A stretch of 63,228 nt of DNA, the filler included, from Octopus bimaculoides (lineage: Eukaryota): the NCBI RefSeq assembly GCF_001194135.2. It is 9 parts of 9 records of this genome, joined end to end, with 100 filler letters (N's around TTAATTAATTAA, not from the genome) between each part and the next. Parts side by side here need not be neighbours in the genome. Positions count along the whole stretch, not along the records: positions 24,030 to 30,188 come from NC_068990.1; positions 30,289 to 50,836 come from NC_068994.1; 7 more parts are not named here. The stretch is one strand, 5' to 3'. The first letter of the stretch is position 1. Each line of letters opens with the position of its first letter. The position numbers were made by a program, and so were the translations under genes. The notes under the pieces are model-generated. The model was not told the DNA's origin. It worked only from the letters and a program-made list of their open reading frames with translations, and made no database searches. Of the stretch, positions 27,972-40,134 are shown piece after piece.

Positions 27972-28653
27972 TGTATGTATATAAGGTGAGCTGGTAGACA
28001 CGTTAGCACGCCGGACGAAATGCTTAGCAGTATTTCGTCTGTCTTTATGCTCTGAGTTCAAATTCCACCGAGGTCGACATTGCCTTTCATCTTTTCAGGG
28101 TCAATAAATTAAGTACTAGTTGTGTACTGGAGTCGATCTAATCGACTGGCCCCCTCGCACCAAAATTGTGAGCCTTGTGCTTAGAGTAGAAAAATATATA
28201 TATATATATATATATATAATTTACAAAAAGCAAAAGACAACGACAATGAAGGAACAACGCTCGGAAAGAATGGAAATATCATTGACATTTCGAGCTTACG
28301 CTCTTTGACAGAGAGGTTTGAGAGTGGGAAAAAATGGAGCGAGGATGAAAAAAAAAAGAAAAAAAGAAAAGAGAGACAGACAGAAAAAAATTATGTGTAG
28401 GGATTAACGGTTTAATATACATATATATACGACAGACTTCTTCCAGTTTCGTCTGCTAAACCCGCTCACAAGTCTTTGCTCGATCCAAGGTTATGGTAGT
28501 ATAGGAGAAAACACTATCCCATGGTGCCACGCAGTGGGACTGAATCCGGGACCATTTGGTCGGGAAGCAAACTTCTTACCATACAGTCACGCTTGCGAAT
28601 ATATATATGTATGTATGTATATATGTATGATTGTATATAAATATATATATACG

Positions 28654-28704
<51 letters not shown>

Positions 28705-29864
28705 CTACGCATACGAGCTTATCGGACAATGGGGAACCTGATATACAAAAACACAGAATGGGAAGGTTTCGGCTTAAGCACCTTTCATCATAAGGTAATT
28801 GTTCAGTAAATAGAGGGTTTATACAGCAATAAAGATAGCAGCTACTAAAAAAACAGTTCATCCAATGTTTCATCAAAGCACACATCGGCGCCTTCCGCAC
28901 TACAAGAATGCATTATCTTATAAGCTGGATGGATGGAGTGACGAAAGCTTTGGTGGTTTGAGGTGTTGGAGTGAGAGAGGCAAGAGAGTTTATAAATGAT
29001 AGGAAAGCTTTGAGTGTTTGTGGATGGATGAGTGAATTTGATGTTGCTTAAAGGGGTACGGAACCAACATATTACGGTGAGAATAAACCAGCATATGCTG
29101 CCGGGCCCCGCTGCTGATATTGGAGGTTACGTTCTATGCCTTGACCCGAGCATAAGACTGGGCTCGCCCTTTTGAGCTGGGAAATGACTAGAATGCTTGG
29201 TGTGTGTCTTGTTGAGGCTATCCCCTCCTAAAAAAATGGTAGATAGGCCTGGGTATGTATATGTTACTTGCTGCGGGTATTGTGCCGAGGCGGTAGATTT
29301 GAGGTAGCGTCTTGAAAAGTTTAAGTGGAACAAATCAACCCCAACACTTATTTTAAAATATGGTATCATACAGTCTCTTTTGCCGAACTGTTAGTTTACG
29401 GTGGACTCCAACATACCAACACCGGCTCTCGAGTAGTAGGGCAGGCAAACACAAATAGAACGACAAACATATATACACACTCACCCACCGACCGCACACA
29501 CATACACATGAAGGTCCTTCACACTGCTTCCATCGATCAATTTCACTTCCAACTCATTGGTCGCCCGGGGCTATAGTAGATGGCACTTGACCAAAGAACG
29601 GCACATTTTTTCTGAACCCGAAACCACGTGATGGCAAAGCGATTTCTTTATCACACAGCCATGCCTACTCGCTGATATAAGATTAAAACGAATGATTAAG
29701 GCCTTAGGCTTTCATCATAATTCTGTACAAGATAGAAATACCTAGGTGTCCGCTTTAGAACATGAAGATCATATACAAATAGCAATGTTTCTATCTATCT
29801 ATCTATCTATCTATCTACCTGTCTGTCTGTCTGTCTATCTGTCTGTATAATAATAATAATAATG

Positions 29865-29940
<76 letters not shown>

Positions 29941-30288
29941 TAACAACAACAACAACAGCAACAACAACAACAACTTATAAGCTTAAAGCTTACAAACGAC
30001 CACAGTGTAATGACTAAAGAAAAAGCCCCGATATTAGACTCTTCTTTAATCATTGCACGATGATCGCTTATGGAATATTATTATTACTTACAGAATTATA
30101 AAAATTGACATTGCTTCCCAAAACCAAATACATTACATGCATACATATATACATACATACGTATGTGGGTGTGTGTATATATATATGTNNNNNNNNNNNN
30201 NNNNNNNNNNNNNNNNNNNNNNNNNNNNNNNNTTAATTAATTAANNNNNNNNNNNNNNNNNNNNNNNNNNNNNNNNNNNNNNNNNNNN

Positions 30289-30526
30289 ACCCAGTAGTGC
30301 AATTTTCTGTATGTTATATATATTTGTAAGTCCTGGTATTTTTGTTATGTATTTGTCTGAATATTTTTTTATTATACCTAAGGCACCTACTATGATAGGA
30401 ATTGTTTCTGTTTTTAGATTCCACATTCGAGTTATCTCTATTTCCAGGTCTTTGTATTTTGAAAGTTTTTCCATTTCTTTTAGAGAAACGTTGTCATCTG
30501 CTGGTATTGATACATCAATTAGAAAG

Positions 30527-30527
<1 letters not shown>
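30289..30527 (-). mobile_element. REL-type LINE fragment (family A)
   Basis: Near-identical to 9420-9640. Its 5' side abuts (AAT)n. Confidence 0.85.
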
Positions 30528-30613
<86 letters not shown>

Positions 30614-30796
30614 AGGCGGCAAGCTAGCAGAATCGTTACCGCGCCGGACGAAATGCTTAGGGACATTTCGTCCGCCTTCCGAGGTCAACTTTGCCTTTCA
30701 TCCTTTCGTGGTCGATGAATTAGGTACTTTTCTCCTCCCCTAAAATGGCTGCATTTGTGGCAAAATTTGAAACCATTATTATTATTAATAATAATA

Positions 30797-31930
30797 TATG
30801 TTTGGTTTTTGCTTCGTACATGTTGACTCCAAGTCTCACCCAGAGATATGAAAAGACAACATGTTTGAAGTGAAATTTGGTGTTATGATTAGGGTGCCAT
30901 AATTTTGGTTTTGCACAAAGCATTGTTCTAGAGAATGTCTTTGAAAACATAAGAAAATTAGAAAGTTGTTTTAAAAGTAATTTGATTATAAGATACTAAT
31001 GTGATGCTAAGGTGACGGTAAAAGATGTTTGCTATTATGTACATTTAAAAGTACTTTTGACAATGTTTACAGATTAAAATGTTTTGGAGATTACATAGAC
31101 AATATATTTCGTAGGATATGAGCAGTTCCCATGAGTAATATTTTGAATTTCTTCCATTTTGGGATTTCCTAATATCTGAGGTAGGCAGCAGCAATCAGCC
31201 CAATTTGCTATCATTCCAAAGGCACCTATGACAGCAGGTATTGTTTTAGTCTTGAGTTTCCACATTTTGCCAGTTTCTATTTCAAGATCATTATACTTAA
31301 CTCAGATTTTGGTAGGTCTTGACAGATACATTTATGTCGATTGGGGCATGATTTTTGTCTGAAATTCTTCAATATAATGTCTGGTCTGTTTGCATCTACC
31401 TTTCTGTCAGTTTGAACAGTTTAAGTTCTAATGGAGAGAGATGTGATCATTTTCAAGAACTGGAGGTAGTTTGTGTTCCCACCAGTTTTTATCATGGGGC
31501 ATGTCCAAATCTTTGCAAATTACCCACTAAGTATACTGTGCTGCTCTATCATGCCTGTTGAGATACTCTGTAGGCTCAAGAAGGCTGCACATGGAGATAT
31601 TATGATCGATGGTTTCATTTTGTTGTTTACGTACACGATATGTTGGGCTGCTGCCGTTCTTTAAGATGATGGTCTGGTAGCTTCTTTAGGTAGGCATTGA
31701 TCTTGGGTTGATATGATAAAATATTTCTTCTTTGATTTTAAGTCAGAAGACGCTAACCATTGATGGGTAAGTGCTTTGTCAGTATCGGCATTATTAGCTC
31801 TCTTTGGGTATTTGCCCTTAAGACGTTTTTATTGCTATTTACCAGTAAGAATATCTAAGGCAGCAATTTTAGCAAGGATTTTCATACGCTTAGCTTTTTC
31901 CTTGCTTGTTTCCAGTAGAAAGGATTCATA
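30797..31930 (-). mobile_element. R4/Dong-like non-LTR 3' fragment (CCHC + REL) with (AAT)n tail
   Basis: Minus strand gives GKYPKRA, THQWL, TQDQCLP, ETIDH, EYLNRHDRAAQY, DANRPDII and MWKLKTKTIPAVIGAFGMI. Confidence 0.85.
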
Positions 31931-32305
31931 TTATTATTATGAGTTATGCGAGAGTACAACGCTCCCTGACAAGAATTGGCTGGACCACTACATATAAAGT
32001 GTAGCGGTTTGAGTAAGTGGGGTACTTCGTGTCGGAGGGTAGTTCGTGTTTGTTCCACAATTCGTATGTTGATTGTTCAAAGTTGGAGTTTAAAGTTTAC
32101 TGTTCGAGTTAGCGTATTGGATTGTTGGTTCTTAAAAGATTATTGTTACGTTCCGTGTGGTTACCGCCGTTTGTTTCGATTATATTGTTATTGCACTGTT
32201 GCAGTGTATTCGTTTATCCATAAGGATATAACATTATTATTATGCAAATATATATATACTTTTCCAGTGACGAAAAGTCACTGATCTCGAAAAAGTGGAA
32301 ACAAG

Positions 32306-32688
32306 CAATAATAAATCTCTGAACGAGATATTTGCAAACCAAATGTGGTTAACCCTTAAGGGTTGATGCTACTGTAGTTTGTAGCCCAAGGAAGACATCA
32401 CCACCATCTGGCTATTGACAGTGTGCATTGGGAACCACTTCACATCGCCAGCCGGTGGTTGTCACACGCTGATGACGGGTCAATACCCAGAAACTCGGGT
32501 CCATGTGTATCATGTCAGGCTGGAGATGAGAAGGATGACTTCCTTTTGCAAATACTGATAGGGTACAGAAGGTGTGTCAATAACCAGATGGTTAAACGTG
32601 GCTTAAGGGTTAGCCACATTTAGGTGGCAAGTATATTTCACGATGTCGTGCAGCTACTGTTTAGACCTCGCTCAGAGATTTATTATTG
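32306..32688. mobile_element. Fold-back non-autonomous element with three nested inverted repeats and a hammerhead (Penelope-like/retrozyme candidate)
   Basis: Inverted repeat pairs 32306-32327/32667-32688 (21/22), 32341-32360/32602-32621 (19/20) and 32404-32420/32575-32591 (16/17). The right end runs into (ATT)n. Confidence 0.65.
32456..32512 (+). ncRNA. Minimal type I hammerhead ribozyme motif inside a fold-back element
   Basis: UGGU-UGU-CACACG CUGAUGA CGGGU CAAU ACCCA GAAA C UCGG GUC|CAUGUG-U-AUCA. Core at 32469-75 and 32490-93, GUC triplet. The two stem mismatches are CpG-type (CG to CA). Confidence 0.75.
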
Positions 32689-32758
32689 ATTATTATTATT
32701 ATCATTATTATTATTATTATTGTTGTTGTTGATGTTATTATTATTATTATTATTATTA

Positions 32759-34260
32759 GGGGCTAAAATCAATGCCGACAAGTCGATAGGTTTGTGACTG
32801 GGCACCTGGAGAGGCAGATCGATGCTGTCGGACGGCGTCGTCGGACACTGGACTGACGGACCAGTGAAACTATTCGGGATCTTCTGGTTTGGTCCCGACC
32901 TCCAGGTGGATAAGAATTGGGAAGAAGTGACGAACAGGGTGACCTCCCTTACCCAGAAATGGGCAGAGAGGAAGTTGTCCCTGAAAGATGCTTACATCGC
33001 CTCTGTCATTATTTATCGTCTGACCGTTGTGCTTTGCGCCAGTTACTGCTTGATTAGATTGGAGCGTATCCTGTTTTTTTTCCTTGTGAAATGGACGCGT
33101 TCCAATGTTCAGGCTTCAGTCTACTGCCAACTTCATTTGCCTGGAGACTTAGGAATGCCATGGATTTTAATGCACAGGCACGCCCTCAGGTTATGCTACC
33201 TGCATCGATTTCTAGAAGGTGAACGTGTGTAGGCTCCGTTTGTAAGACATGCCTTTCCGCAGCTTGTCTCCTTGACAGAGTTGCAGTCTTGAGTAAATGA
33301 TAGGCCGAGACTGGGCGCCTGGTACTTAGAATGTCGTCAGGAGCTCACTGTCCTCTACAAGTTGGGCAACAGGATCGGTGGATGTTCCACTTAAGCTATT
33401 TACAGAGGATTAGTAGCGTGGAAGTGCGACGGCGTCCTCGGGGAGAACCCAGGTGTCAACGAAGACGAACTGGCAAGTCTATTCTGGAGGACTTTCCGGT
33501 CGGGGGCTGTTATGGATAACTTCCAGTTGTCTTTGGCCTGGCAGTGCTACCGGGGAGCGCTACCGGTTCGAGATAACTTCTACAGACACTGATGTGCTGT
33601 CAGATGGGCTTGTCCGGCTTGGCTGACTTGTGGAGTTATGCGGAACATCTGCTGTCGCATGTAGTAGAGATCCGTATGTCGTCCGAGTTCATAATGATCA
33701 TTGTCCCGCTGCCCTCCTTTAATCGGTCTGGCAACGCTGTATTTCTTTGTTTGGTGGCTGTGGCGAAAAAGGTTGTCTGGTGGACGAGGCTGAAAGGAAT
33801 GAGGAGAGAAGCATTCCTCTTTGGTAAAGCCCTCGACTTTCTCAAGTATCACTTGAAAAGGAAAGTGAGGGTAGAGAGGGAAGTGATGTCCTCGAGTGAA
33901 TTTATTAAAAGGTGGGTGAAAGTTGCGGAAATGGCAAGAGTGGATGGTACCACTCTTAGCGTAGACCTCTGAGTCGGAAGAAAGAAGTTGGAGTGGGTTC
34001 TCATCCTTGGTACTCAGGGTGATCTTGGATTGTGTGGTTCCTTGCTTATCCCTAAAGATCTTCCTGAATCAGGGGGATCCCATCATGATCACTTGTTTTT
34101 CCCTCTTTTTCTAGTGTCATATACTATGTGTACTTCCCTTCTTCTAATGTATACCGTGTATACTTTTTATTTGATCATTCCATTATATGTAAACCCCTAC
34201 ACTTTATGTCTGTCTTTGTGTAGTGTTCACTCATCCTTCGTCCTGGTGGCAAATAAAATT
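32759..34260 (+). mobile_element. 5'-truncated Tx1/L1-clade non-LTR retrotransposon 3' end
   Basis: GAKINADKS..LG.W, FGIFWFG, NWEEV, W..RKLSLK, C-terminal region ending at the stop at 33970-72, a pyrimidine-rich 3' UTR, AATAAA at 34252 and a (TTA)n tail. GC content is elevated. Confidence 0.85.
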
Positions 34261-34278
34261 TATTATTATTATTATTTT

Positions 34279-34553
34279 ATGTTTGACTTTTGCATTGCAT
34301 TTGTACAAGTTGGATCCAAGTCTCACCCAGAGACCTCAAGAGACAACAAGTTAGACGTTCATGTAGGTGTTATGCCTAGGGTACCATATATTTGGATTTG
34401 TACATAGTGTTGTTCTAGAGAATGTTTAAGAAACCATAAGAAAATTATGTGTTTGTTTTAAAATTTGAGATCACGTAGACAGTATTTTACGTAGGATATG
34501 GGCAGTTCCCATGAGCACTATCTTTTGAACTTCAGCCATTTTGGGGTTTCCTG

Positions 34554-34554
<1 letters not shown>
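34279..34554 (-). mobile_element. REL-type LINE 3' end (same family as 30797-31930)
   Basis: Shares ccaagtctcacccagaga and gtaggatatg.gcagttcccatgag with 30820-31130. Flanked by (AAT)n on both sides. Confidence 0.75.
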
Positions 34555-34616
<62 letters not shown>

Positions 34617-34621
34617 GGATT

Positions 34622-35168
34622 ATTGAGTGAGAGAGCAGTGCATGCCATCAAAGTGATACTGGGGCAAAATATACGAAGTCCAGTGTACCCATCATCACTA
34701 CCCATCTGATAAGGGTACACCAGGCACATGTATCACAACCATATGTACGCAACATAGTGATTTTATATCAAAATAAACTGTGAATGACCTTGCAGGGGAG
34801 GGGGGCGGTTACAATCTTCTTCAGGTCGAGTAGCCCATCCCTAAATAAGGGTTGTTTAAGGATGTTGAATGAAATATCCTTGTTTCCAAAGGTGAATTAT
34901 CCAAACCACAGAGAATTTTCTCAACACAAGGCTATGATGCTTCCCCACTACTTCTGCTCCTGATCAGAGATGCACATGTTGTCAGCCACTAAAGGACATG
35001 CTCAACTGGTTAAGGCCAAGCAACTGACAAGCAAATCTTTGATATTGAGCAGAAAATTTACTGTAGTCCATCTTTTATACCAAGACAAAACAATATACAT
35101 GATAACACTTCCAATCAGTTAAGATCAGAAACCATGAGAGCCACTGCTTGGTACTGCATCAAGGCATT
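34622..35168. mobile_element. Repeat D copy 2 (opposite orientation to copy 1)
   Basis: gagtgagagagcagtgcatgccatcaaagtga...gtactgcatcaaggcattt, with (ATT)n on both sides. Confidence 0.85.
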
Positions 35169-35269
35169 TATTATTATTATTATTATTGTTGTTATTTTTG
35201 CTTTTGATCTGCATCTTTGTTACAGTCACTTGTCGAGACACATCCAGCATCCTGGGGCAAGTGAAAGAC

Positions 35270-35326
<57 letters not shown>

Positions 35327-35355
35327 GTAATAATAATAATAATGATGATGATGAT

Positions 35356-35399
<44 letters not shown>

Positions 35400-35859
35400 T
35401 AATAATGATAATGNNNNNNNNNNNNNNNNNNNNNNNNNNNNNNNNNNNNNNNNNNNNNNNNNNNNNNNNNNNNNNNNNNNNNNNNNNNNNNNNNNNNNNN
35501 NNNNNNNNNNNNNNNNNNNNNNNNNNNNNNNNNNNNNNNNNNNNNNNNNNNNNNNNNNNNNNNNNNNNNNNNNNNNNNNNNNNNNNNNNNNNNNNNNNNN
35601 NNNNNNNNNNNNNNNNNNNNNNNNNNNNNNNNNNNNNNNNNNNNNNNNNNNNNNNNNNNNNNNNNNNNNNNNNNNNNNNNNNNNNNNNNNNNNNNNNNNN
35701 NNNNNNNNNNNNNNNNNNNNNNNNNNNNNNNNNNNNNNNNNNNNNNNNNNNNNNNNNNNNNNNNNNNNNNNNNNNNNNNNNNNNNNNNNNNNNNNNNNNN
35801 NNNNNNNNNNNNNNNNNNNNNNNNNNNNNGACTAGCCACTCCCGCCATATCTTAGGTCT

Positions 35860-36090
35860 TGTGCTTATATTAGAAAAAGTCTATTATTGCTGCAAAAGGA
35901 TGTGGTAAGCTCAGAAAATATAAGAATTGAAGTCGAAAAAATGTGGCATCTCAAGATGGCAGGAGCACTTTAAATGATCAAAAAAGGAAGCGAAAATTAT
36001 TTGAGGATCATCCCTGACTTACTATTCATGCAAGAGTTGCATAAGATTGTCTCAACTGGTACGTCACACATACTTGAGAAGAGTAATGTC
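35860..36090 (+). mobile_element. Degraded REL-type LINE 3' fragment
   Basis: KKMWHLK...GAL*MIKKGSENYLRIIP...QELHKIVSTGTSHILEK matches the REL C-terminal pattern seen in the other copies. Confidence 0.6.
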
Positions 36091-36555
36091 GCTGTGAAGT
36101 TTCTTTCATTTTCCTTCTCTTTTTCTTTTTTTGTTTTTTTTTTTGTTTTCTTTCGTTCTTTTTTTCTCTCTGTCTTTTTCCCCTTCTTTTTCAGTTACAT
36201 GACTTTGTAAATGAACATTCTGGTGTATTTATTTTAATGGCCTACCAATGCATACAGTTAGTTTCTTTGTCCTAGGTGTTGGGAGAACACTCAGCAAGAA
36301 ATGGAAACAAAATTGAAGGAAGATAATGATAATGACAATAATAATAATTATCCTTTCTTCTTCTTCTTCTTCTTCTTCTTCTTCTTCTTCTTCTTCTTCT
36401 TCTTCTTCTTCTTCTTCTTCTTCTTCTTCTTCTTCTTCTTCTTCTTCTTCTTCTTCTTCTACTACTACTACTACTACTACTACTACCACTAATAATAATA
36501 ATAATGATGATGATGATGATGATGATGACAACAACAACAACAAAAATAATAGCAA

Positions 36556-37081
36556 TCCTTTGCCTTGATGCAATCAATATCAGTCAGTGGCTCTCATGTT
36601 TTCTGATCGTAATTGATTGGAAATGTCATCATGAACATGCTTTTTCTTGGTATAAAAGATGGACTACAGCAAACATTCTGATCAATACTACAGATTTGCT
36701 TGTCAGTTGTTTGACTTTAACCAGTAAAGTGTATCCATTAGTAGTTGAGGAGCATCGTAGTTATGTGTTGAGAGGAATTTTTTGAGGTTTGAATAATTCA
36801 CCTCTGGAAACGTGTGTTTCGTTCATCATCCTTAAACAACCCTTATTTGGAGACCTTTTGAGCAAAATGGGCTACTCGACTTGAAGAAAATTGTCACTGT
36901 GCCACACCTGCAAGGTCATGTGCTATTTATCTTGATATAAGATCACCATGTCATGAGCATATGGTTGTAATGCATGTGCCTGGTGTACCCTTATCAGACG
37001 GGTAGTCATGATGGGTATACTGGGCTTCGTGTATTCGTACCCGAGTATCATTTTGATGGCATTCGCTGTTCTCTCACTCAG
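36556..37081. mobile_element. Repeat D copy 3
   Basis: Same orientation as copy 1. Ends ctctcactcagtaataataat. Confidence 0.85.
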
Positions 37082-37251
37082 TAATAATAATGATCTTTTA
37101 TTTACCACGAGGGTTCAAGACGGTACATTAGAAGAAAAAATTACGGGAGTGATGGGGTATTACGAAGAATCGAGTTTGAGAAAATAGTCAAAACAAAAAT
37201 ATCTGTAGCGGATGAAAAACGTTTAAATTTTGTTATTCTTTCTTTTTGCAG

Positions 37252-37443
37252 CATATTGTAAAGACTGTATGAAGGAAGGGTCGACATCCTCAGTGCAACC
37301 TCATCCATATCGCTGCGACCGTTATATAACGTGTGCAATAGTATCTTTAGATGTTTTCAAGGCCCACGAAATGCCTTGTCCAGCAGGTCTTTTCTTTGAC
37401 AGCACGATCAAAACTTGTACTTGGACACCCGATTGCGTCAGAA
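37252..37443 (+). CDS. Coding exon A of a chitin-binding (CBM14/peritrophin-A, Pif-like) gene: canonical 6-Cys domain
   Basis: Acceptor ttctttttgcag|, donor |gtaagt, 192 bp, phase 1-1. Translates to (A)YCKDCMKEGSTSSVQPHPYRCDRYITCAIVSLDVFKAHEMPCPAGLFFDSTIKTCTWTPDCVR, spacing C-x15-C-x5-C-x14-C-x12-C-x5-C with the CPxGLFFD motif. Confidence 0.92.
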
Positions 37444-38291
37444 GTAAGTATCGCAGTTATTTCTATTTAATATATGTCCTGATTAAAAAGTTATAGAAGT
37501 AAATTTCCATTTTTATATGATAAAGGGTAGGATAACCGCACAGCAAGCTTCACAAAATACTGATATCGCTATGATTTTATACACTAAACACACATACGAG
37601 CGATTGAGTGAATACTGCAGTGCTACAACGCTCCTATATGTTCATGTTAAGCAGGATATAAAGATTGTCATACGTACATACACACATACATACATTCTAC
37701 TTAAATGCACACATAGATATATATGCATGCATATATGCACACAAATATACATACATAGATACATACATACATACATACATACATACATACATACATACAT
37801 ACATGCATACACACACATACATATACTTCTGCCCTTAGACAATAAGGATTCAGTTGTTCAATGAACTGAATTATCTTAACGCATTAGTTGCGGGGAACTA
37901 TGTAAAACGTTAGAGAAAGAAACTTAGCTGTTTCTAGCAATACATAACAATGCATACATCTAAACAATTTTTTTCAGTTGCCCTTAAAGCAGTATTGTGG
38001 ATCCCCTATTTAATACTTTGTTGCTTGGACCCCTAAAAATCTTTTATGGACCCCAGTTGAGAACCACTGCTCTAAGTGAGTCGCCAAATGAACGTGAAAC
38101 AATGTTTGTCAGACGAGGTTGTATCTTTGAATTATAGGAATAATCGACTGATTTCTATACAGTTTCTGCCTACTCAATTTCGTACATCATGGGTCGCACC
38201 GACGTTATAGATGCGTATCTGCTGAAGATATAATGTCGTGTTACTAAAACCGAGACTGTGCGCTCTATTGCATTTACAATAGAAACGCGAG

Positions 38292-38384
<93 letters not shown>

Positions 38385-38579
38385 ACACACACACACATAT
38401 AAATATATATATATAATATATATATATATATAGTTTTTTAGGGAAAAGAACCAAGGTTCATGAACTCATCAATGAAAATCCACTGTCACATATAGAAAAA
38501 TTAATAATTAAAAGCACAATAAATAAGTATAATATAATACAACGTAAATATCATAAGATAAAGATAATATTATCTTTAT

Positions 38580-38793
38580 CTTTCTCTCACTCTTACTTAC
38601 TGTTTCTGTTGTGCCTGTAATTCAAAGGGTCAGCCTTGTCACACTGTGTCACGCTGAATATCCCCGAGAACTACGTTAAGGGTACACATGTCTGTGGAGT
38701 GCTCAGCCACTTGCACGTTAATTTCACGAGCAGGCTGTTCCGTTGATCGGATAAACAGAAACCCTCGACGTCGTAAGCGACGGAGTGCCAACA
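38580..38793 (+). mobile_element. SINE S1 3' half
   Basis: Matches 22665-22875. Confidence 0.85.
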
Positions 38794-38814
38794 AATGTAT
38801 GTATGTATGTATGT

Positions 38815-39345
38815 TTGTATGTATGTATGTATGTCATTATTCAATTTATTCCAAGATTTCTTGCCAATAGAGAAAGAACCGGTTTCTAACTTAGATCCAA
38901 GGATCCTTCACTGGAATTTCAACATCAACAATAGGGTATGTATGTATGCATGCATGCATGCATGTATGTATGTATGAATGTATGTATGTATGTATGTATG
39001 TATGAATGTATGTATGTATGTATGTATGTATGTATGTATGTATGTATGTATGTGCAGATTTGTCTGTTTTATGTATGTATTCTCATGCACATCTTGACAA
39101 GCTCATATATATTTAAATGATAAACTTCTGGGAAGTTTTACAGATTTTTACAGTTCCAGTGATGGACTGGATCTGTAGTCTTTGAATTAGCTTTCTCCTT
39201 TCTGGTTTTGAGAAGCCTAATTTCTCAAGCTTTATATTTAGGTAGTGTGTTACATATCCCAGGGCCCCAATAATTACAGGTATAAACCTGAACTTTTAAT
39301 CTGGATAGAGTAACTACAGATTTCTCTATAGTTCATCATAGGTGT
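38815..39345 (-). mobile_element. (TACA)n-associated REL LINE 3' end (family C) with internal microsatellite
   Basis: 39055-39345 encodes ...YPDYKFRFIPVIIGALG-type peptide. It is followed by (TACA)n, then a 120-bp terminal segment at 38815-38935. Confidence 0.75.
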
Positions 39346-39395
39346 TCACTTTTGTATGTATGTATATATGTTTATCTTTTTCTCTTTGATTACAG

Positions 39396-39575
39396 GCTGT
39401 AGGACAAATGATAAATTTGAGAATTCGTGGGACTGTAATACATATTATGAATGCGAGAATGGCATATTGAGCACAGGAACACCGTTGAAAAGTTGTGGCA
39501 AACAAAAAATGTTCAATGAAACCCTACAATACTGCACTCCAGATAATACGTGTGGTAAAGACGCCAAATCCGATA
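39396..39575 (+). CDS. Coding exon B: second 6-Cys CBM14 domain
   Basis: Acceptor tctctttgattacag|, donor |gtaagt, 180 bp, phase 1-1. Translates to (S)CRTNDKFENSWDCNTYYECENGILSTGTPLKSCGKQKMFNETLQYCTPDNTCGKDAKSD, spacing C-x11-C-x5-C-x13-C-x12-C-x5-C. Confidence 0.9.
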
Positions 39576-39655
39576 GTAAGTCACGCGACAGTAACTCGCT
39601 ATTTTTTGCTTTTTCTTTGAGAAATCATGTCCTGTATCCATGAAATATTAAGAAT

Positions 39656-39890
39656 CTGGGGTTCTCAACGACTTTTTGCCTATGGACCCTTTTGATACTT
39701 ATTTTACTCTCCTGAACCTTCAAAGCCATTCGATGTACATAAAAAATTCTTATTGCTTTTTTATTATTAAATATCATAAGGAATTGTATAACAAAAATTA
39801 AACTATTTTGTGAATTGTAGAAGCTTAACCAATTTATTGCAGATAAATTTTAACTACAAAATCTTATACAGATCCTGGTTGAGAATCACT
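39656..39890. mobile_element. hAT (Charlie-like) MITE
   Basis: Imperfect TIRs ctggggttctcaac / ggttgagaatcact. A related right end gttgagaaccactg lies at 38056-38069. Confidence 0.55.
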
Positions 39891-40134
39891 TATATAGATA
39901 TATACAATGCGTAATTCATAAACTTCAACATTGCCAAGTGTAGGTATAAAGCTATCGAATCTGTATCCTCAATCGGATTACTTAGCTCGACAAACGGCAT
40001 CACAATAACTATTGTCCATCTTACGAAATTAATTTGGCTGATGACTATTGGGTAGGTACTGTTGATCGCAAGTGGCCAATCAGCTGACTCTCCTCATATA
40101 CATTCAAATGACCTTACATACGAGGAGAATAAAA

